Shown here: piece after piece, positions 1-11,105 of the stretch
Position numbering within the stretch: the stretch's first letter is position 1
Layout: each line of letters begins with the position of its first letter
Source: Bacillota bacterium
Lineage (GTDB): Bacteria > Bacillota > DTU025
Reading direction: 5' to 3'
Assembly (NCBI GenBank): GCA_050951805.1
Contig: JBMNJT010000004.1
Location: forward strand, 1-64,000
Length of the DNA: 64,000 nt
The notes under the pieces: generated by a model
Seen by the model: only the letters and a program-made list of their open reading frames with translations
What the model was told of the DNA's origin: nothing
Database searches by the model: none
Made by a program: the position numbers and the translations under genes

Positions 1-3000
1 CTTGATGACGGCACCTACAGCATCAGGCAGGAACTGAGAGCGTGCTGCATGGACGTTCTCACGGAACATCCCCTCTGTAGTGAGGGCGTAAGGATCTGCC
101 ATATAGCCTATTCCATCTACACGTTCGAGCATAGGTGAGGCACGCATTACCTCATCCACACCGAACACGAGCGCTCCGGGTCCTCCGTTGTTCAGTGTTA
201 GAGTCTCCGATACAGACTGTCCTTTAGCCGTCCTGAAAACAATCTGGCTTGGGTTCCAGCCTGCGGAGGGAGGTTGCTGCACGTATACAGTAACCGTCTG
301 TGTAGTCTTGTAGCCATCATTATCTGCAGCATGGAACTTAGCAGTATATGTGCCTTCACTTCCATACGTATGAGTCGCGATTGCCTGATGCACTGCAGGC
401 GTTCCATCGCCAAATTCCCAGTACATGTCGGCTATTGAACCGTCCTCGTCATATGCAGCTCCGCTGAACTGGAAGACGGTCTCAACAGGTCCGCGTCCAG
501 GGTTGACTCCGCACGCAGTGATAGTCGGAGGCTGGTTGGGAATAACCTCAACCTGGACGGGTACCGTCACCGAAGGCTTGTACACGTCGTTGCTTTCGAT
601 CGTGACAACCCCGTCAAGCATGCCTTCGGCAATTGGGGTCAGATCTACTTTGATCTCAATCTCCATGCTATCCCCAGCGGGCACAGTGCCGCTTGCGGGA
701 TTCACCGAAAGCCACTTGAATGTCGGCGGCTGTGTAGTTGCTGTTGTAGCAGTGAAACTCAAGTCAGCACCGCCATTGTTGACAATAGTCAGCTTGTCGG
801 TGCGAGTGCGATGCGCGCGAACCACTTCCGTGAACCGGGAAGGATCGACGCCGATATCAGGTATTGGACAGGCCATGATGTTTACCGTCGCCTCACTGCT
901 GAGCATGTCGTCGTCGGTAACAGTGAGGGTGGCTATGTAGTTGCCCTGTATTTCATAAGTGTGAATCGTCGTCAGCATCCCTGATACTGGCTCGCTGCCG
1001 TCTCCGAAATCCCATACGATGTCGACGATCTCGCCGTCAACGTCAACAGCTTCGGCGGAGAAATGCACCTCGAGAGGTGGTTCTCCCGCCCAAGGCTGCG
1101 CCTCGATCGAAGTTATCCTGGGTGCGATCAGCGACTCGACCGCGAGAATCGTATCAACACTAACCGCAGCATTTGCTGGATCGTCGCTGTTGATGATTAG
1201 CTTAGCCCGCCAGTCAGCCTGAGGAAGCTTTCCTGCCTCAAACGTTACGCTAACATCCTGGGTTTCCCCGGGGCTCACTACGCCTGCAATTGGATCAACG
1301 TTGATCCAGACAGGAATGAACTTGACTGTGAGGTTGTCGTGGACATAATTCTGTCTATAGGCCACTCCAAGCCCATCAGTGCCTGTGGAATTCTCGATTC
1401 CGATGGATGCCTCATCGAGACGGGAATCGCCCATCTCCAGATAGTTGAAGGTTATGTTCCCGTCCGGTGTCAGAATCACCTGGAACGTGTACCGCTCAGG
1501 TGAATTATGTCTTGCTACTCTATCGTACTGGACTACGAACTCGTTCTCGTCTTCGTAGTAGTACACGTAGCCGCCCTGCTCTGGGTTGAGGTCAGTCCAG
1601 AATACGGCTACCACATCGTTAGGATCTGCTGGATCGGGAAGTTCATGATACATAGGAACTTTCCCGTAGTTGCCGAAAGTGAGATATCCATTCGAGCCAA
1701 TGCGCACCCTCGTCTTTGTCTCTCCGTAGTACGGGAACTCAAAGGGCAAATTGACTCTCTGGTCTCTGTCGTCGCGAAGTGTGATCTTCGTTCCGATCTT
1801 TGAGATGTCTCGCCAATCGAACAGCGGTCCGTTAGGGTGATCACTGTCGATCCAGAAGAGACCGTAATGATCGGGTCCACCTGCCCCCAGTGGCTGCAGG
1901 AAGGCCCCGCTTGAGCCCATCGGCTTTCCGTCCGGCGCTAGTAGGTCGACCTCAACGTCGATATCATAGTGAAGATCACCAAGGCCTGTGTTGGCTATTG
2001 TGATCTGCTCAGTCGTGGTTTCACCCCATTTGAGTGTGGAGGCAAGCGAAGTCGGGCTGACGCCTATCGTAGGCGGCAGGTAGACTCTGATTTCGACTGT
2101 TGCCACACTCTCTATACCGACTGTATTCACTGCGTGGAACGAGGCGGTGTATTCACCCTGTTCCTCGTATGTATGGGTGGCGTTGTAGTCCTCCACGATC
2201 TGGCTTCCATCGCCGAAATCCCACCATACTGACGCAATCTCGCTTGCAGGATCGATTGCCGACGCTGCAAACTCTACCTCAAGAGGCGGCGGACCATACT
2301 CAGGCTCTGCCACTGCCGAGGTAATGATTGGGCCCATCTCCCAATTCAACGCGTTGTTGGCATTGAGACGCCCGCCAGTCACACATCCATTTCTGAAGGA
2401 TGCTTTCTTGTCAACGGAATTCAGGATGATATCTCTGACGTTAGGCGAACCCTCCACGCTTCCGGAGGCTCCCGGATATAGAGGCAGACGCGGGTATTTG
2501 CCTGCCAGCAGCGCAGCTACGCCAGTAACGTGAGGCGTCGCCATAGACGTGCCATAGTAGAACGAATAAGCCTCCCCGGGGGCTTCCCCTGGAGCTGGAG
2601 GCGGATCCGGCGCGATCGTCGAGAGGATGAACCCGCCCGGAGCGAACAGATCGACAGTAGATCTGCCATAGTTCGTGCTCCAATTGCCCATATGGCTATA
2701 GTCGCAAGGCTCATCATTCATCATGCTTGCAGCCACAGAAATGAGGTTCGGCGAATCGTAGCTGGAAGGATAGTGCGGATATATGTCGGTATCCACGCCC
2801 TCATTGCCAGCCGCAGCTATGCAGAGCATGCCTGATGCCTCTATGGCATCCTTCAGCGCCTGGTCGTAGCTGCCTCCGCCCCAGCTCATGTTTGCTACAA
2901 CCGCACCATTGGCGGCTGCGTACTGCAACGCCAGAATTGCGTCGGATGCATACCCTCCGTCGCCCCCAATGAACTTGAGGGGCATTACCCGCACGTTCCA

Positions 3001-3849
3001 GTTGATTCCCGTGACGCCGATATTGTTGTTGGATACGGCGCCTATGGTTCCGGAGACGTGGGTTCCGTGTTGGTCTGCAAGTCTCCCATATTGGTCTCTT
3101 TCTTCTGGATCAAAGACAGTGTTGTCATTGTTGAAGAAGTCCCAACCGTACACGTCATCGATGTAGCCGTTTCCATCGTCATCAATGCCGTTCCCTGGTA
3201 TCTCTCCCTCATTGACCCAGATGTTGGCGAATAGGTCTGGATGGTAGATGTAAGTGCCGCTGTCTATCACAGCGACTATAAGCTCCGGGGATCCCGTGAA
3301 GGTCATCCAGGCCTCAGCCGCGTCTATGTCCGCATCGTACACCGGTTCACCCTGCATGTAGGGGTCCCAGTATTCAGGAGGCAGCATCTCATTGTTGAGA
3401 CCCCACATCCTATCAAAGTACTTGTCGTTGGCCAATATGTGGTCTGGTACGTAGTCTGGATAGTACACGTAGTCCCTCTGTGCATACTCAATTCCAGGAA
3501 GGGCGTCGAGTTCTGCGATGGCCCTGTCTACACTCTCGCCTTCCGGAATCTCCACGATGCCGATTCTTACTCCGTTCGCAAAATATGCAGTAGGCGAAAA
3601 GCTCGCAACATTGCTTACAGAGTAACCCATGGCACCTATGGAATCTGTAGCCTCTTCGGCAAAGATGGAGTCCGAAAACCTTACCAGCACTCTGCTGGGG
3701 TGATAGGCTTCCGGTCCGGGTTGCCATCCCCCCTCAAGCTCGTAAGTATGCGCACTGACTGACGCCTGTCCACCGATGGAGCAGGCTACAGCAGCCGCAA
3801 CAAAGAGCAGGGTCATGACATAAGACAGTCTCCAGTGCCTTCTCACCAT
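1..3849 (-). CDS. Secreted S8 (subtilisin-like) serine peptidase with multiple PKD/Ig-like domains; 3' end beyond the window
   Basis: Hand-translated; absent from the ORF track because it has no stop in the window. ATG at 3849 follows a GAGGGGGAG RBS. Signal peptide MVRRHWRLSYVMTLLFVAAAVAC; catalytic motifs VAVIDSG, HGTHVSG and GTSMATPHV; three W(D/E)FGDG PKD motifs; frame open to position 1. Confidence 0.93.
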   Translation of the reverse strand, partial: MVRRHWRLSYVMTLLFVAAAVACSIGGQASVSAHTYELEGGWQPGPEAYHPSRVLVRFSDSIFAEEATDSIGAMGYSVSNVASFSPTAYFANGVRIGIVEIPEGESVDRAIAELDALPGIEYAQRDYVYYPDYVPDHILANDKYFDRMWGLNNEMLPPEYWDPYMQGEPVYDADIDAAEAWMTFTGSPELIVAVIDSGTYIYHPDLFANIWVNEGEIPGNGIDDDGNGYIDDVYGWDFFNNDNTVFDPEERDQYGRLADQHGTHVSGTIGAVSNNNIGVTGINWNVRVMPLKFIGGDGGYASDAILALQYAAANGAVVANMSWGGGSYDQALKDAIEASGMLCIAAAGNEGVDTDIYPHYPSSYDSPNLISVAASMMNDEPCDYSHMGNWSTNYGRSTVDLFAPGGFILSTIAPDPPPAPGEAPGEAYSFYYGTSMATPHVTGVAALLAGKYPRLPLYPGASGSVEGSPNVRDIILNSVDKKASFRNGCVTGGRLNANNALNWEMGPIITSAVAEPEYGPPPLEVEFAASAIDPASEIASVWWDFGDGSQIVEDYNATHTYEEQGEYTASFHAVNTVGIESVATVEIRVYLPPTIGVSPTSLASTLKWGETTTEQITIANTGLGDLHYDIDVEVDLLAPDGKPMGSSGAFLQPLGAGGPDHYGLFWIDSDHPNGPLFDWRDISKIGTKITLRDDRDQRVNLPFEFPYYGETKTRVRIGSNGYLTFGNYGKVPMYHELPDPADPNDVVAVFWTDLNPEQGGYVYYYEDENEFVVQYDRVARHNSPERYTFQVILTPDGNITFNYLEMGDSRLDEASIGIENSTGTDGLGVAYRQNYVHDNLTVKFIPVWINVDPIAGVVSPGETQDVSVTFEAGKLPQADWRAKLIINSDDPANAAVSVDTILAVESLIAPRITSIEAQPWAGEPPLEVHFSAEAVDVDGEIVDIVWDFGDGSEPVSGMLTTIHTYEIQGNYIATLTVTDDDMLSSEATVNIMACPIPDIGVDPSRFTEVVRAHRTRTDKLTIVNNGGADLSFTATTATTQPPTFKWLSVNPASGTVPAGDSMEIEIKVDLTPIAEGMLDGVVTIESNDVYKPSVTVPVQVEVIPNQPPTITACGVNPGRGPVETVFQFSGAAYDEDGSIADMYWEFGDGTPAVHQAIATHTYGSEGTYTAKFHAADNDGYKTTQTVTVYVQQPPSAGWNPSQIVFRTAKGQSVSETLTLNNGGPGALVFGVDEVMRASPMLERVDGIGYMADPYALTTEGMFRENVHAARSQFLPDAVGAVIK

Positions 3850-4090
3850 ATGTAGGTACTCCCCCTCTTTCATTTTTGCTCAAGAAAATCGTCCGCTGCC
3901 TGTCTACCTCGATTGCGGGCTCCTGCGGCCATCAGCAAAAACCCGCCTTTCTTGTAGTGGGGAAATCATACAGGCCATGATCCCCTTGGTCTCATCTGAA
4001 GAAATCACGCTTGCCAGACGAAAAACTCAAGTCAATGACATGTTAGCAAGTGACAATCAATGGCTCCGATACACGAATCTACTCCAAACA

Positions 4091-4435
4091 TCAGCCTCGG
4101 ATTTCAGCAAGCACCGTCTCTGCTAGGTCACCTTTGAGCACAAATCCATCAGCGCCACACTCAAACGCCAGGTCACGAACCTCCTGGCGAACGCTGAGAA
4201 CGATTATCCGCGCCTTGGGGCAAAGTGGCCGCAAACGGCCAAGAGTTTCGCTACCGGACATCGTATCAAAGCCCCAGTCAAGGAGAATCGCATCAGGCTG
4301 GGTATTGGTGGTTTTAGCCAGAAGACCGTCAAGGTCAACCGCTTCATCCACCACTGATACATCCGGTTCCTGTTCAAGCAGGGCTCTTAACCCTGCGCGT
4401 ACTTCCCATCTGTCATCCACAATCAAAATCCGCAT
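4091..4435 (-). CDS. Single-domain response regulator (receiver domain only, NarL-like)
   Basis: MRILIVDD...PDAILLD...IIVLS...GADGFVLK receiver motifs; 114 aa with no output domain; GGAAGG RBS. Confidence 0.85.
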   Translation of the reverse strand: MRILIVDDRWEVRAGLRALLEQEPDVSVVDEAVDLDGLLAKTTNTQPDAILLDWGFDTMSGSETLGRLRPLCPKARIIVLSVRQEVRDLAFECGADGFVLKGDLAETVLAEIRG

Positions 4436-4864
4436 TTTGCGACACCTTCCACCATCTTGGACGATGCAAGCATATACTTAGTTATCTGTAAGTTTATATC
4501 GTTGTGTCAATGTTGAAATCAGCCAGATGGGCTGAATTAAGCCGTACACAAGGGCAGTATTGAACTGGCCATTTGGCCGGCCAACCTTACATTTCGCACA
4601 CAAGTATTCGCTAAGTCCATCTACCAGGGCTTGGCTCAGACACGGGTAGGCGAGAGCGCCTGCCTTGCTTGGAGGGTCTTGGTTGTGGTCAATGCCCCCA
4701 GCTTAGTCGTGTTGTCGAGGCCCAGGCTAGCCGATTATTCTGACTGTTTGGGTGTATAGATGGGCAGTGAGGACAGGGACTTGCGGATCAAGGCACAGGC
4801 GGCCCATAGCACAGAAAAAAGCGGAAACGATACAGTGGCATCGCTCTTTATATGCGTATGAGAC

Positions 4865-5558
4865 TCAGTCAGTTGGATAGAGGTCGTCAGACTCGGGAGG
4901 TGCCTCTTCTACTTTCTTAATGCGTACTATAGCTATCGGCCGTTCAATCGTTTCGAGCCGATCCTTCGTAGCGCTCTTCAGGCGTCCGTCCATCATCTTC
5001 AGAATCTTCTCCAGACGTTCGTCTCGGCCTTTCAAAACACTCCATGTGGGCCCATCTAGTTTTATCGGAGGTTTTTGCTTCACCCTAAGGCCCATATTGG
5101 GAGTGCCGGGAACCCACGCTCTTATCGCTTCCGTGATATCGAAAGTAAGACGCTTGACGTCGGTATCTATGTATTGGGAGCGATAAACGTATCCGCCGAA
5201 ATCCCTCATTTCCCACCCTACATCATGAGAAAGTCTGGCACTGGAAAGGGGTTGTGTGCCACAAGGAAAAGGATTGGCAGGGTAGCCTCAATATTGCTCG
5301 CGCAATAGACTCGGGCTCAAGATCGTGAGGCAGGGGACCAAGATCTAGCTGCACTCTTAGCTCGCCTCCCCTCCCCAGGCTGGAAGTGAGCACGTACTCC
5401 GAATCAACACCTTTGCGAAGCAAGGGCGGCTCCCAAGAGGCCCTCACCGGAAGTTCCACATACGTGTAGTCGCCTATGCTGCATCCGGCAGCTGTTAGGC
5501 AGATTACGCAAATAGCAGCCAGTAAGCTAATGAACGAAAGGAAACGCGTTTTGCCCAT
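4865..5558 (-). pseudogene. Probable frameshifted lipoprotein (DNRLRE-like C-terminal part), split into ORFs 5223..5558 and 4865..5209
   Basis: The 5' ORF has a signal peptide and lipobox (LTAAGC). The frame of the 3' ORF stays open upstream of its ATG and overlaps the end of the 5' ORF. The 3' part carries FDITEAIRAWVPGTPNMGL. Confidence 0.5.
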
Positions 5559-5706
5559 CTGGCTAACCTCCCATCCATGCCATCACTTGGGTACGTATTG
5601 AAACTTCTATGGGCCACGCCCCTTTTCCTCCTGAAGTTTCCTAGATATCAGGATGAAAGTGGCATGGCCCATTCTTCGAATACACCCTGGGAGGATCAAA
5701 GCGCGC

Positions 5707-6438
5707 CTACAATACCTTTCCTAGGAACGCCTTTGTCCGCGGATTCTGCGGGTTGCCAAGCACCTGCGCAGGCGGTCCTTCTTCCGCAATCAATCCGTCA
5801 TCCATGAAAAGAACACGATCAGCGACTTCGGCGGCAAAACCCATCTCATGGGTGACCACGACCATGGTCATACCCTCTCCGGCAAGGGTTTTCATCACGT
5901 CCAGAACCTCGCCTATCATCTCCGGGTCCAGTGCTGACGTGGGTTCGTCGAAAAGCATGGCCATGGGTTTCATGGCAAGGGCACGGGCAATGGCTACACG
6001 CTGCTGTTGCCCTCCTGACAATTCCTGCGGGTAGGCTCTCTCTTTGTCTGCAATGCCCACCTTCCGAAGCAAGTCTCTGGCAATCTCGTCAGCCTCGCAG
6101 CTCGGGATGTGGCGTACAGTCTTTGGGGCAAGCGTAACATTGTCAAGCACCGTGAGGTGTGGAAAGAGGTTGAAACCCTGAAACACCATCCCCATCTCCC
6201 GACGGATCTCGTTAACATTAACTCCTGGAGCAGTTATCAGCTGGCCGTTGAAGTGTATCTCTCCTTCGGTCGGCTTCTCCAGCAAGTTGAGGCAGCGTAG
6301 AAAAGTGCTCTTGCCGGAACCTGACGGCCCCACAACAACCACCACTTCGTGTGGGTTAATTGTTGCGTCAATCCCATGCAGCACCTCGTTATGTCCGAAT
6401 GATTTTCTGAGCCCGACAGTTTTAATCAATTTGCCCAA
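5707..6438 (-). CDS. glnQ: Polar amino acid ABC transporter ATP-binding protein (GlnQ-like)
   Basis: Walker [10 protein letters not shown], signature [25 protein letters not shown]. Confidence 0.93.
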   Translation of the reverse strand: MGKLIKTVGLRKSFGHNEVLHGIDATINPHEVVVVVGPSGSGKSTFLRCLNLLEKPTEGEIHFNGQLITAPGVNVNEIRREMGMVFQGFNLFPHLTVLDNVTLAPKTVRHIPSCEADEIARDLLRKVGIADKERAYPQELSGGQQQRVAIARALAMKPMAMLFDEPTSALDPEMIGEVLDVMKTLAGEGMTMVVVTHEMGFAAEVADRVLFMDDGLIAEEGPPAQVLGNPQNPRTKAFLGKVL

Positions 6439-7090
6439 CCGCCTTCAGTTTTCTTTCTGACCAGCTAACAAGCTTGGAAATGACAAATGTCATGACGAGG
6501 TATATGAGAGCCACTACGGTATAAACCTCGAACGGCCTGAATGTTCTGGTAATGACAACCTGCCCTTTTCGAAGAAGATCTTCTAGTGCAATCACAGATA
6601 CAAGCGAAGAGTCCTTCAGCATTGCAATGAACTCGTTCCCCAATGGGGGGATTATCCGTCGAAACGCTTGTGGGAAAATGATGTATTGCATCGTCTGCGA
6701 ACTGGTCAGTCCTAAAGATCTGGCCGCCTCTGTCTGCCCTCTGTCTATCGACTGTATTCCTGCCCTCACTATCTCAGCCACGTATGCACCGCTGTTTATG
6801 CCCATGGCCGATATCGCAGCTATGAAGGGGGGCACGGGCCGACCTATGAGTGTCGGCAATCCAAAATAGACGAGGAACAGCTGGACCAAGAGAGGCGTCC
6901 CTCGAATGAAGTCTACGTATATGCCTGCAATAACCTTGAGCGCCCTGTTCTGACTGACCCGCGCTATTCCAACTAATGAGCCTATAACAAATCCGATCGC
7001 AACTGATATCACTGCAAGCTCTATGGTCATTTTGGCTCCGGCCAGCAAGGCAGGCATGATACCCGGTATTATAGAAAAATCGAGAGCCAC
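6422..7090 (-). CDS. Polar amino acid ABC transporter permease (GlnP/HisM family)
   Basis: [36 protein letters not shown] (EAA motif), KDSSL. Confidence 0.93.
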   Translation of the reverse strand: MALDFSIIPGIMPALLAGAKMTIELAVISVAIGFVIGSLVGIARVSQNRALKVIAGIYVDFIRGTPLLVQLFLVYFGLPTLIGRPVPPFIAAISAMGINSGAYVAEIVRAGIQSIDRGQTEAARSLGLTSSQTMQYIIFPQAFRRIIPPLGNEFIAMLKDSSLVSVIALEDLLRKGQVVITRTFRPFEVYTVVALIYLVMTFVISKLVSWSERKLKAVGQID

Positions 7091-7151
7091 AGCAACTCCC
7101 CCAAAGTGTCATCTTCTAATCTATCGCTTGAGAACCAAATGCGCCTAAAAT

Positions 7152-7198
7152 GGGCCGTGAGCTGCTGGAGAGGTCATCTCTCCAAGCGCGCACGGCCT
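7152..7198 (-). other. Intra-operon stem-loop between the binding-protein and permease genes
   Basis: Nested inverted repeats ggccgtg/cacggcc and tggagag/ctctcca. Confidence 0.5.
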
Positions 7199-7230
7199 CA
7201 ATATCTTCCACGCAAGGCATTAGCCTGCCA

Positions 7231-7974
7231 CTAGTTGCCGGCAAACCACTTGTTGTATATCTCGTCGTACTTTCCGGAAGCCTTGATCATTGCCAATCCC
7301 CGATTAATGTTTTTAAGCAAAGCGGTATTGTTTTTCTTGATGGCGATTCCGTAGTATTCCATTGTGAAAGGTGCGCCATACTTTATGTCTTTGTATTCCT
7401 TGGCAATCTCAGCAGCCACTGCCAAATCGATTATGCAGGCATGGGCCGCGCCATTCCTCACTTCCTGAACTGCATCAGGAGCCAGGTTGAACCGCTTCAC
7501 TGTTGCCCCCTTAATCTCTGATGCCACTAAATCCCCAGTGGTTCCTATCTGAACCGATATCTTCTTGCCCTCCAGATCGGCAATTGACGATATCTTGGTA
7601 TCCTTGGCCATGGTGACTACAACCTGCCCGGCGCTGAAATACGGATCCGAAAAGTTGACAGCCTTGAGACGCTCGTCAGTAATGGTCATTGCTGAGACAA
7701 TGCAATCGTAATTCCCAGTGATAAGTCCAGGTATCAAGCCGTCCCAAGCAGTGTTCACAATCTGAACGTCCATTCCGATCGCGTCCCCAATCGCCCTGAT
7801 CAGATCGAGATCGAATCCCAGATATGCCCCGGTCTTCTCGTCCTGAAACTCAAAAGGCGGGAAGTCGGCGCTAGTTCCCACCTTGAGAACTGGCTTGGCC
7901 GCTCCAACACCAGGTGCTGCAAATGCCACCACAACCAACGAACATAAACATGCAAGGGCTAACAGTCTTTTCAT
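7231..7974 (-). CDS. Basic/polar amino acid ABC transporter substrate-binding protein
   Basis: Signal peptide MKRLLALACL after a GGAGGAGAGG RBS; VGTSADFPPFEF, GFDLDL, WDGLIPGL, FSDPYF. Confidence 0.92.
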   Translation of the reverse strand: MKRLLALACLCSLVVVAFAAPGVGAAKPVLKVGTSADFPPFEFQDEKTGAYLGFDLDLIRAIGDAIGMDVQIVNTAWDGLIPGLITGNYDCIVSAMTITDERLKAVNFSDPYFSAGQVVVTMAKDTKISSIADLEGKKISVQIGTTGDLVASEIKGATVKRFNLAPDAVQEVRNGAAHACIIDLAVAAEIAKEYKDIKYGAPFTMEYYGIAIKKNNTALLKNINRGLAMIKASGKYDEIYNKWFAGN

Positions 7975-8377
7975 GACAGCTGACCTCTCCTCCACCATAA
8001 TTCGTATCTGCTGCATGAGTATACACTGCTCGGAGGCCTATTGTCAATAGCACGCGCCAGAAGTTCGAGGCGCCCGATTCGTAACGAGCGTAATATCCCC
8101 ACGTATATGTGGGTTATCTCGTTTTCACATCAGTCGATCGGTGCAGCATCCGCCTTCAGTTTTTCGTAGTTATTTGAGGTATATTTATAATATTCGGGTC
8201 TTGCATAAGCATCGCTCTTTCGGATCAATTGTGGCAGGAGATGGGCATGGGGAGTGTCGTTTCATGAATTCGTCAGATCTTGTGTCCGTTATCCGCACAA
8301 CGCGTGCAACATATTCGAGTTGCCCGATTCAACCGGCTCATCCTCGTCGCCTAAGATATCATGGCAAACCTCGGGCG

Positions 8378-10843
8378 TCATCTGCTGTTGATCATCTTCC
8401 TGATCCGCCGCTCGACACCGTCGGGCAAGGGCTTAACATCTATTCTGAAGTCTTCCTCGCTGTAGCCCGCGCAAGCGCCATCCGCGTTATCGGAGCCTTC
8501 AGCCCATTTTGGCGGACCTGCTGGGACGTACGGCTCTTTCTCGAGCAAGTTATGGAGGATGATGAGGGCCGTATCTTTGTCGGGAATGCGCCCTCTCGAT
8601 GTTGCATCCGGATCGTTTTGGGCGTACGGGGGTATGGGTGAACCTACACACGAAGGACATCCATCTTCACACGGGCAATTCTGTATCAGGTTTAGGCAGG
8701 CTTCCATAACCTCGTCAATCATCTTGTAGGCCTTCTGCGCAAACCCCACTCCACCCTGGTGCCTATCGTATATGAACAACGTGGGCACGCCCGTGTTCGA
8801 GGAATCCACCGCCGTGCCTATGTCCATGGAATCGCACATTGCAAATAGGGGGATAACAGCAGATGCAGCATTCCCTATTCCTATTAGGCCCTCCGCCGGA
8901 ATTCTGCCGAGGCTCGCCACGAGCTTCGCGGCACTTTCAGGGAGCATGATCCATGCCGCAGTAGTGGGAAGGTTGTTCTCTGGCAAGTTGACCTTGCCAT
9001 ACCCTATACTGTCGCGCTCGTAGAACTTGATCTTCCGAAACATATATGTCAGATTGGTGACCGTTACGTCACCGAACTCGACTTCGCTCTTCCTCCACAT
9101 CTTATTCTGCTCTTTCTCCTCGATCTGGACGCGCGTCTCCGTCACCGATTGGGTGAAATAATCCACATCCGCCTTGTGGATGTAGGCCACCTTCTCCACA
9201 AGATTGAGGTTTGACACTAGATATGTTTCACCTTCATGCATGTACACGGCCTCCGGGTGGACTTGTTCGAATGCGCTCAGCTCGTCGATGGTGCCGATAA
9301 CCCGGTTCCCATGGTCAGATGAGGTATCCACTATGGTGTAAGTATTCTCCGACATATTACGGAGCTTCACATCATTGGCCGGAAAGCCCCAGCCAATCCA
9401 ACGCCAACCCAGTCTAGTCCTGAGAACCTCTCCCTTCTCTTCAAGCAGCTCTATGAGGGCTGGCGCATACTCTCCAAAATCCGCAAGTTCCAGCGGACTG
9501 ATAGGGAGTTCCATCGCCGCGGCACGAAGATGGCCCACGAGAATGTAGGGGTTTGCGGGATTAACGACTGCATGCTCGGGAGAACGGTCGAAAAAGTATT
9601 CCGGGTGCCCCATAAGGTATTGGTCGATAGGCAGATCGTGGGCGATGAATACCGAGAGTGATTCTTCGCCCTTTCGCCCAGCGCGCCCGGCCTGCTGCCA
9701 TGTGGACGCTATCGTTCCGGGATAGCCTACTATGATGCTCGCGTCGAGGGAACCGATATCGATCCCAAGTTCCAGAGCATTAGTGCTCACCACTCCCAAC
9801 AGTTCTCCCGAGAAAAGCTGCCTTTCGATCTCCCTTCGTTCACTAGGAAGGTACCCTCCCCTGTATGGCTTGATCTTCTTCGCAAGCGACGGCGAGTTGC
9901 GCTGTAGACTCTCAACGGCGTACTTGTATATCAGCTCGGCGACGACCCGCGCCCTTACAAAGGTTATCGTGGGAACTTTCGACTCAATCAGTTTCACCAT
10001 GATCCGCTCAGCCTCTGAATTGGAACTTCGCCGCTGGATTGTGTTTTCCAGCCGCGGCGGATTCCAAAACACGAACTTCCGCGGCCCCCTTGGTGCCCCA
10101 TCATTGTCGATCACCACAACATCCTTGCCAGAGATCGCGCCTGCGAGCTCGCCGGGGTTGGCTATAGTCGCAGAACAGCATATAAACGTAGGATCAGACC
10201 CGTAGTGAGCGCACACCCTGCGAAGCCTATGCACTACATTGGCTACGTTGGATCCAAACACGCCCCTGTACGCATGAATCTCGTCTATGACCACATATCG
10301 CAGGCCCGCAAAGAACCGACGCCAACTTGGATGGGACGGAAGAATGCCCTGATGCAGCATGTCGGGGTTTGTGAGGATCACGTTGGCATTCTCCCGCAGT
10401 TTGCGCCTTGTAGAATCCGGAGTGTCGCCATCATATGTTCCCGACCTGATGGGAAGATCGGGTTCAAGCTCTACAAAGCGCACAAGCCCCCTCTGCTGGT
10501 CCTGCGCCAAGGCTTTGGTGGGAAAGATGTACAGGGCTGTTGCGCTGCTATCTGCCATAAGAGCCTCTATGACCGGGATATTGTAGCAAAGAGTCTTCCC
10601 GCTTGCTGTAGACGTGACCACTACTATGTCCTGTTTCGCCCTGGCGCGGGAGACTGCCTCAGCCTGATGGGTATAAAGCTCCGATATGCCCATCTCCTTC
10701 AGGCTGGAGGATATGGGAGGTGCAACAGGCGGCGACAACTGAGCATAGCGAGCCTCCCTCGGCGGAATGGTCTCTACGTGCACCACCTGGTCTCGATAAT
10801 CATACTCGGACATCACTGAGTTGATAAACTTGCTTGCGTCCAA
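8378..10843 (-). CDS. DEAH-box helicase with DUF1998 Zn-binding domain (MrfA/YprA/Hrq1-like)
   Basis: LYTHQ, TASGKT, PTKALAQDQ, DEIH, SAT, QQAGRAGR and C-terminal CPCEDGCPSC; probable TTG start at 10843 after GGAGGG. Confidence 0.92.
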   Translation of the reverse strand: MDASKFINSVMSEYDYRDQVVHVETIPPREARYAQLSPPVAPPISSSLKEMGISELYTHQAEAVSRARAKQDIVVVTSTASGKTLCYNIPVIEALMADSSATALYIFPTKALAQDQQRGLVRFVELEPDLPIRSGTYDGDTPDSTRRKLRENANVILTNPDMLHQGILPSHPSWRRFFAGLRYVVIDEIHAYRGVFGSNVANVVHRLRRVCAHYGSDPTFICCSATIANPGELAGAISGKDVVVIDNDGAPRGPRKFVFWNPPRLENTIQRRSSNSEAERIMVKLIESKVPTITFVRARVVAELIYKYAVESLQRNSPSLAKKIKPYRGGYLPSERREIERQLFSGELLGVVSTNALELGIDIGSLDASIIVGYPGTIASTWQQAGRAGRKGEESLSVFIAHDLPIDQYLMGHPEYFFDRSPEHAVVNPANPYILVGHLRAAAMELPISPLELADFGEYAPALIELLEEKGEVLRTRLGWRWIGWGFPANDVKLRNMSENTYTIVDTSSDHGNRVIGTIDELSAFEQVHPEAVYMHEGETYLVSNLNLVEKVAYIHKADVDYFTQSVTETRVQIEEKEQNKMWRKSEVEFGDVTVTNLTYMFRKIKFYERDSIGYGKVNLPENNLPTTAAWIMLPESAAKLVASLGRIPAEGLIGIGNAASAVIPLFAMCDSMDIGTAVDSSNTGVPTLFIYDRHQGGVGFAQKAYKMIDEVMEACLNLIQNCPCEDGCPSCVGSPIPPYAQNDPDATSRGRIPDKDTALIILHNLLEKEPYVPAGPPKWAEGSDNADGACAGYSEEDFRIDVKPLPDGVERRIRKMINSR

Positions 10844-11105
10844 AGCCTGTCCCTCCATATCCCACGCATAGCCGGCCGTCGAATTCTGCACGTTCGTCAG
10901 CGGGCTATATAGCACCATTCAGACGCCTGGAAGTATCACGCCCAGGCCTTGCGTGTAACCTGTTCTGCAGGCGATAGTATTCTTCTTCTACATCAGCCCC
11001 GATTCCTCCAGCTCGCTTTTAACACGCAGATTTCAGAGTATATGCGCCATTGCAAAGGACATCGGAGCCACCGTCCGATTCGCGGGCATACCGGACCTGC
11101 AATAG

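Noticed and set aside
3728-3733. Possible frameshift or phase-variable G-run near the start of the S8 protease
   Set aside because: On recount the run is 6 nt and keeps the signal peptide in frame with the protease.
5223-5225. TGA as selenocysteine read-through joining the two lipoprotein ORFs
   Set aside because: The downstream ORF is in a different frame, so read-through would not join them.
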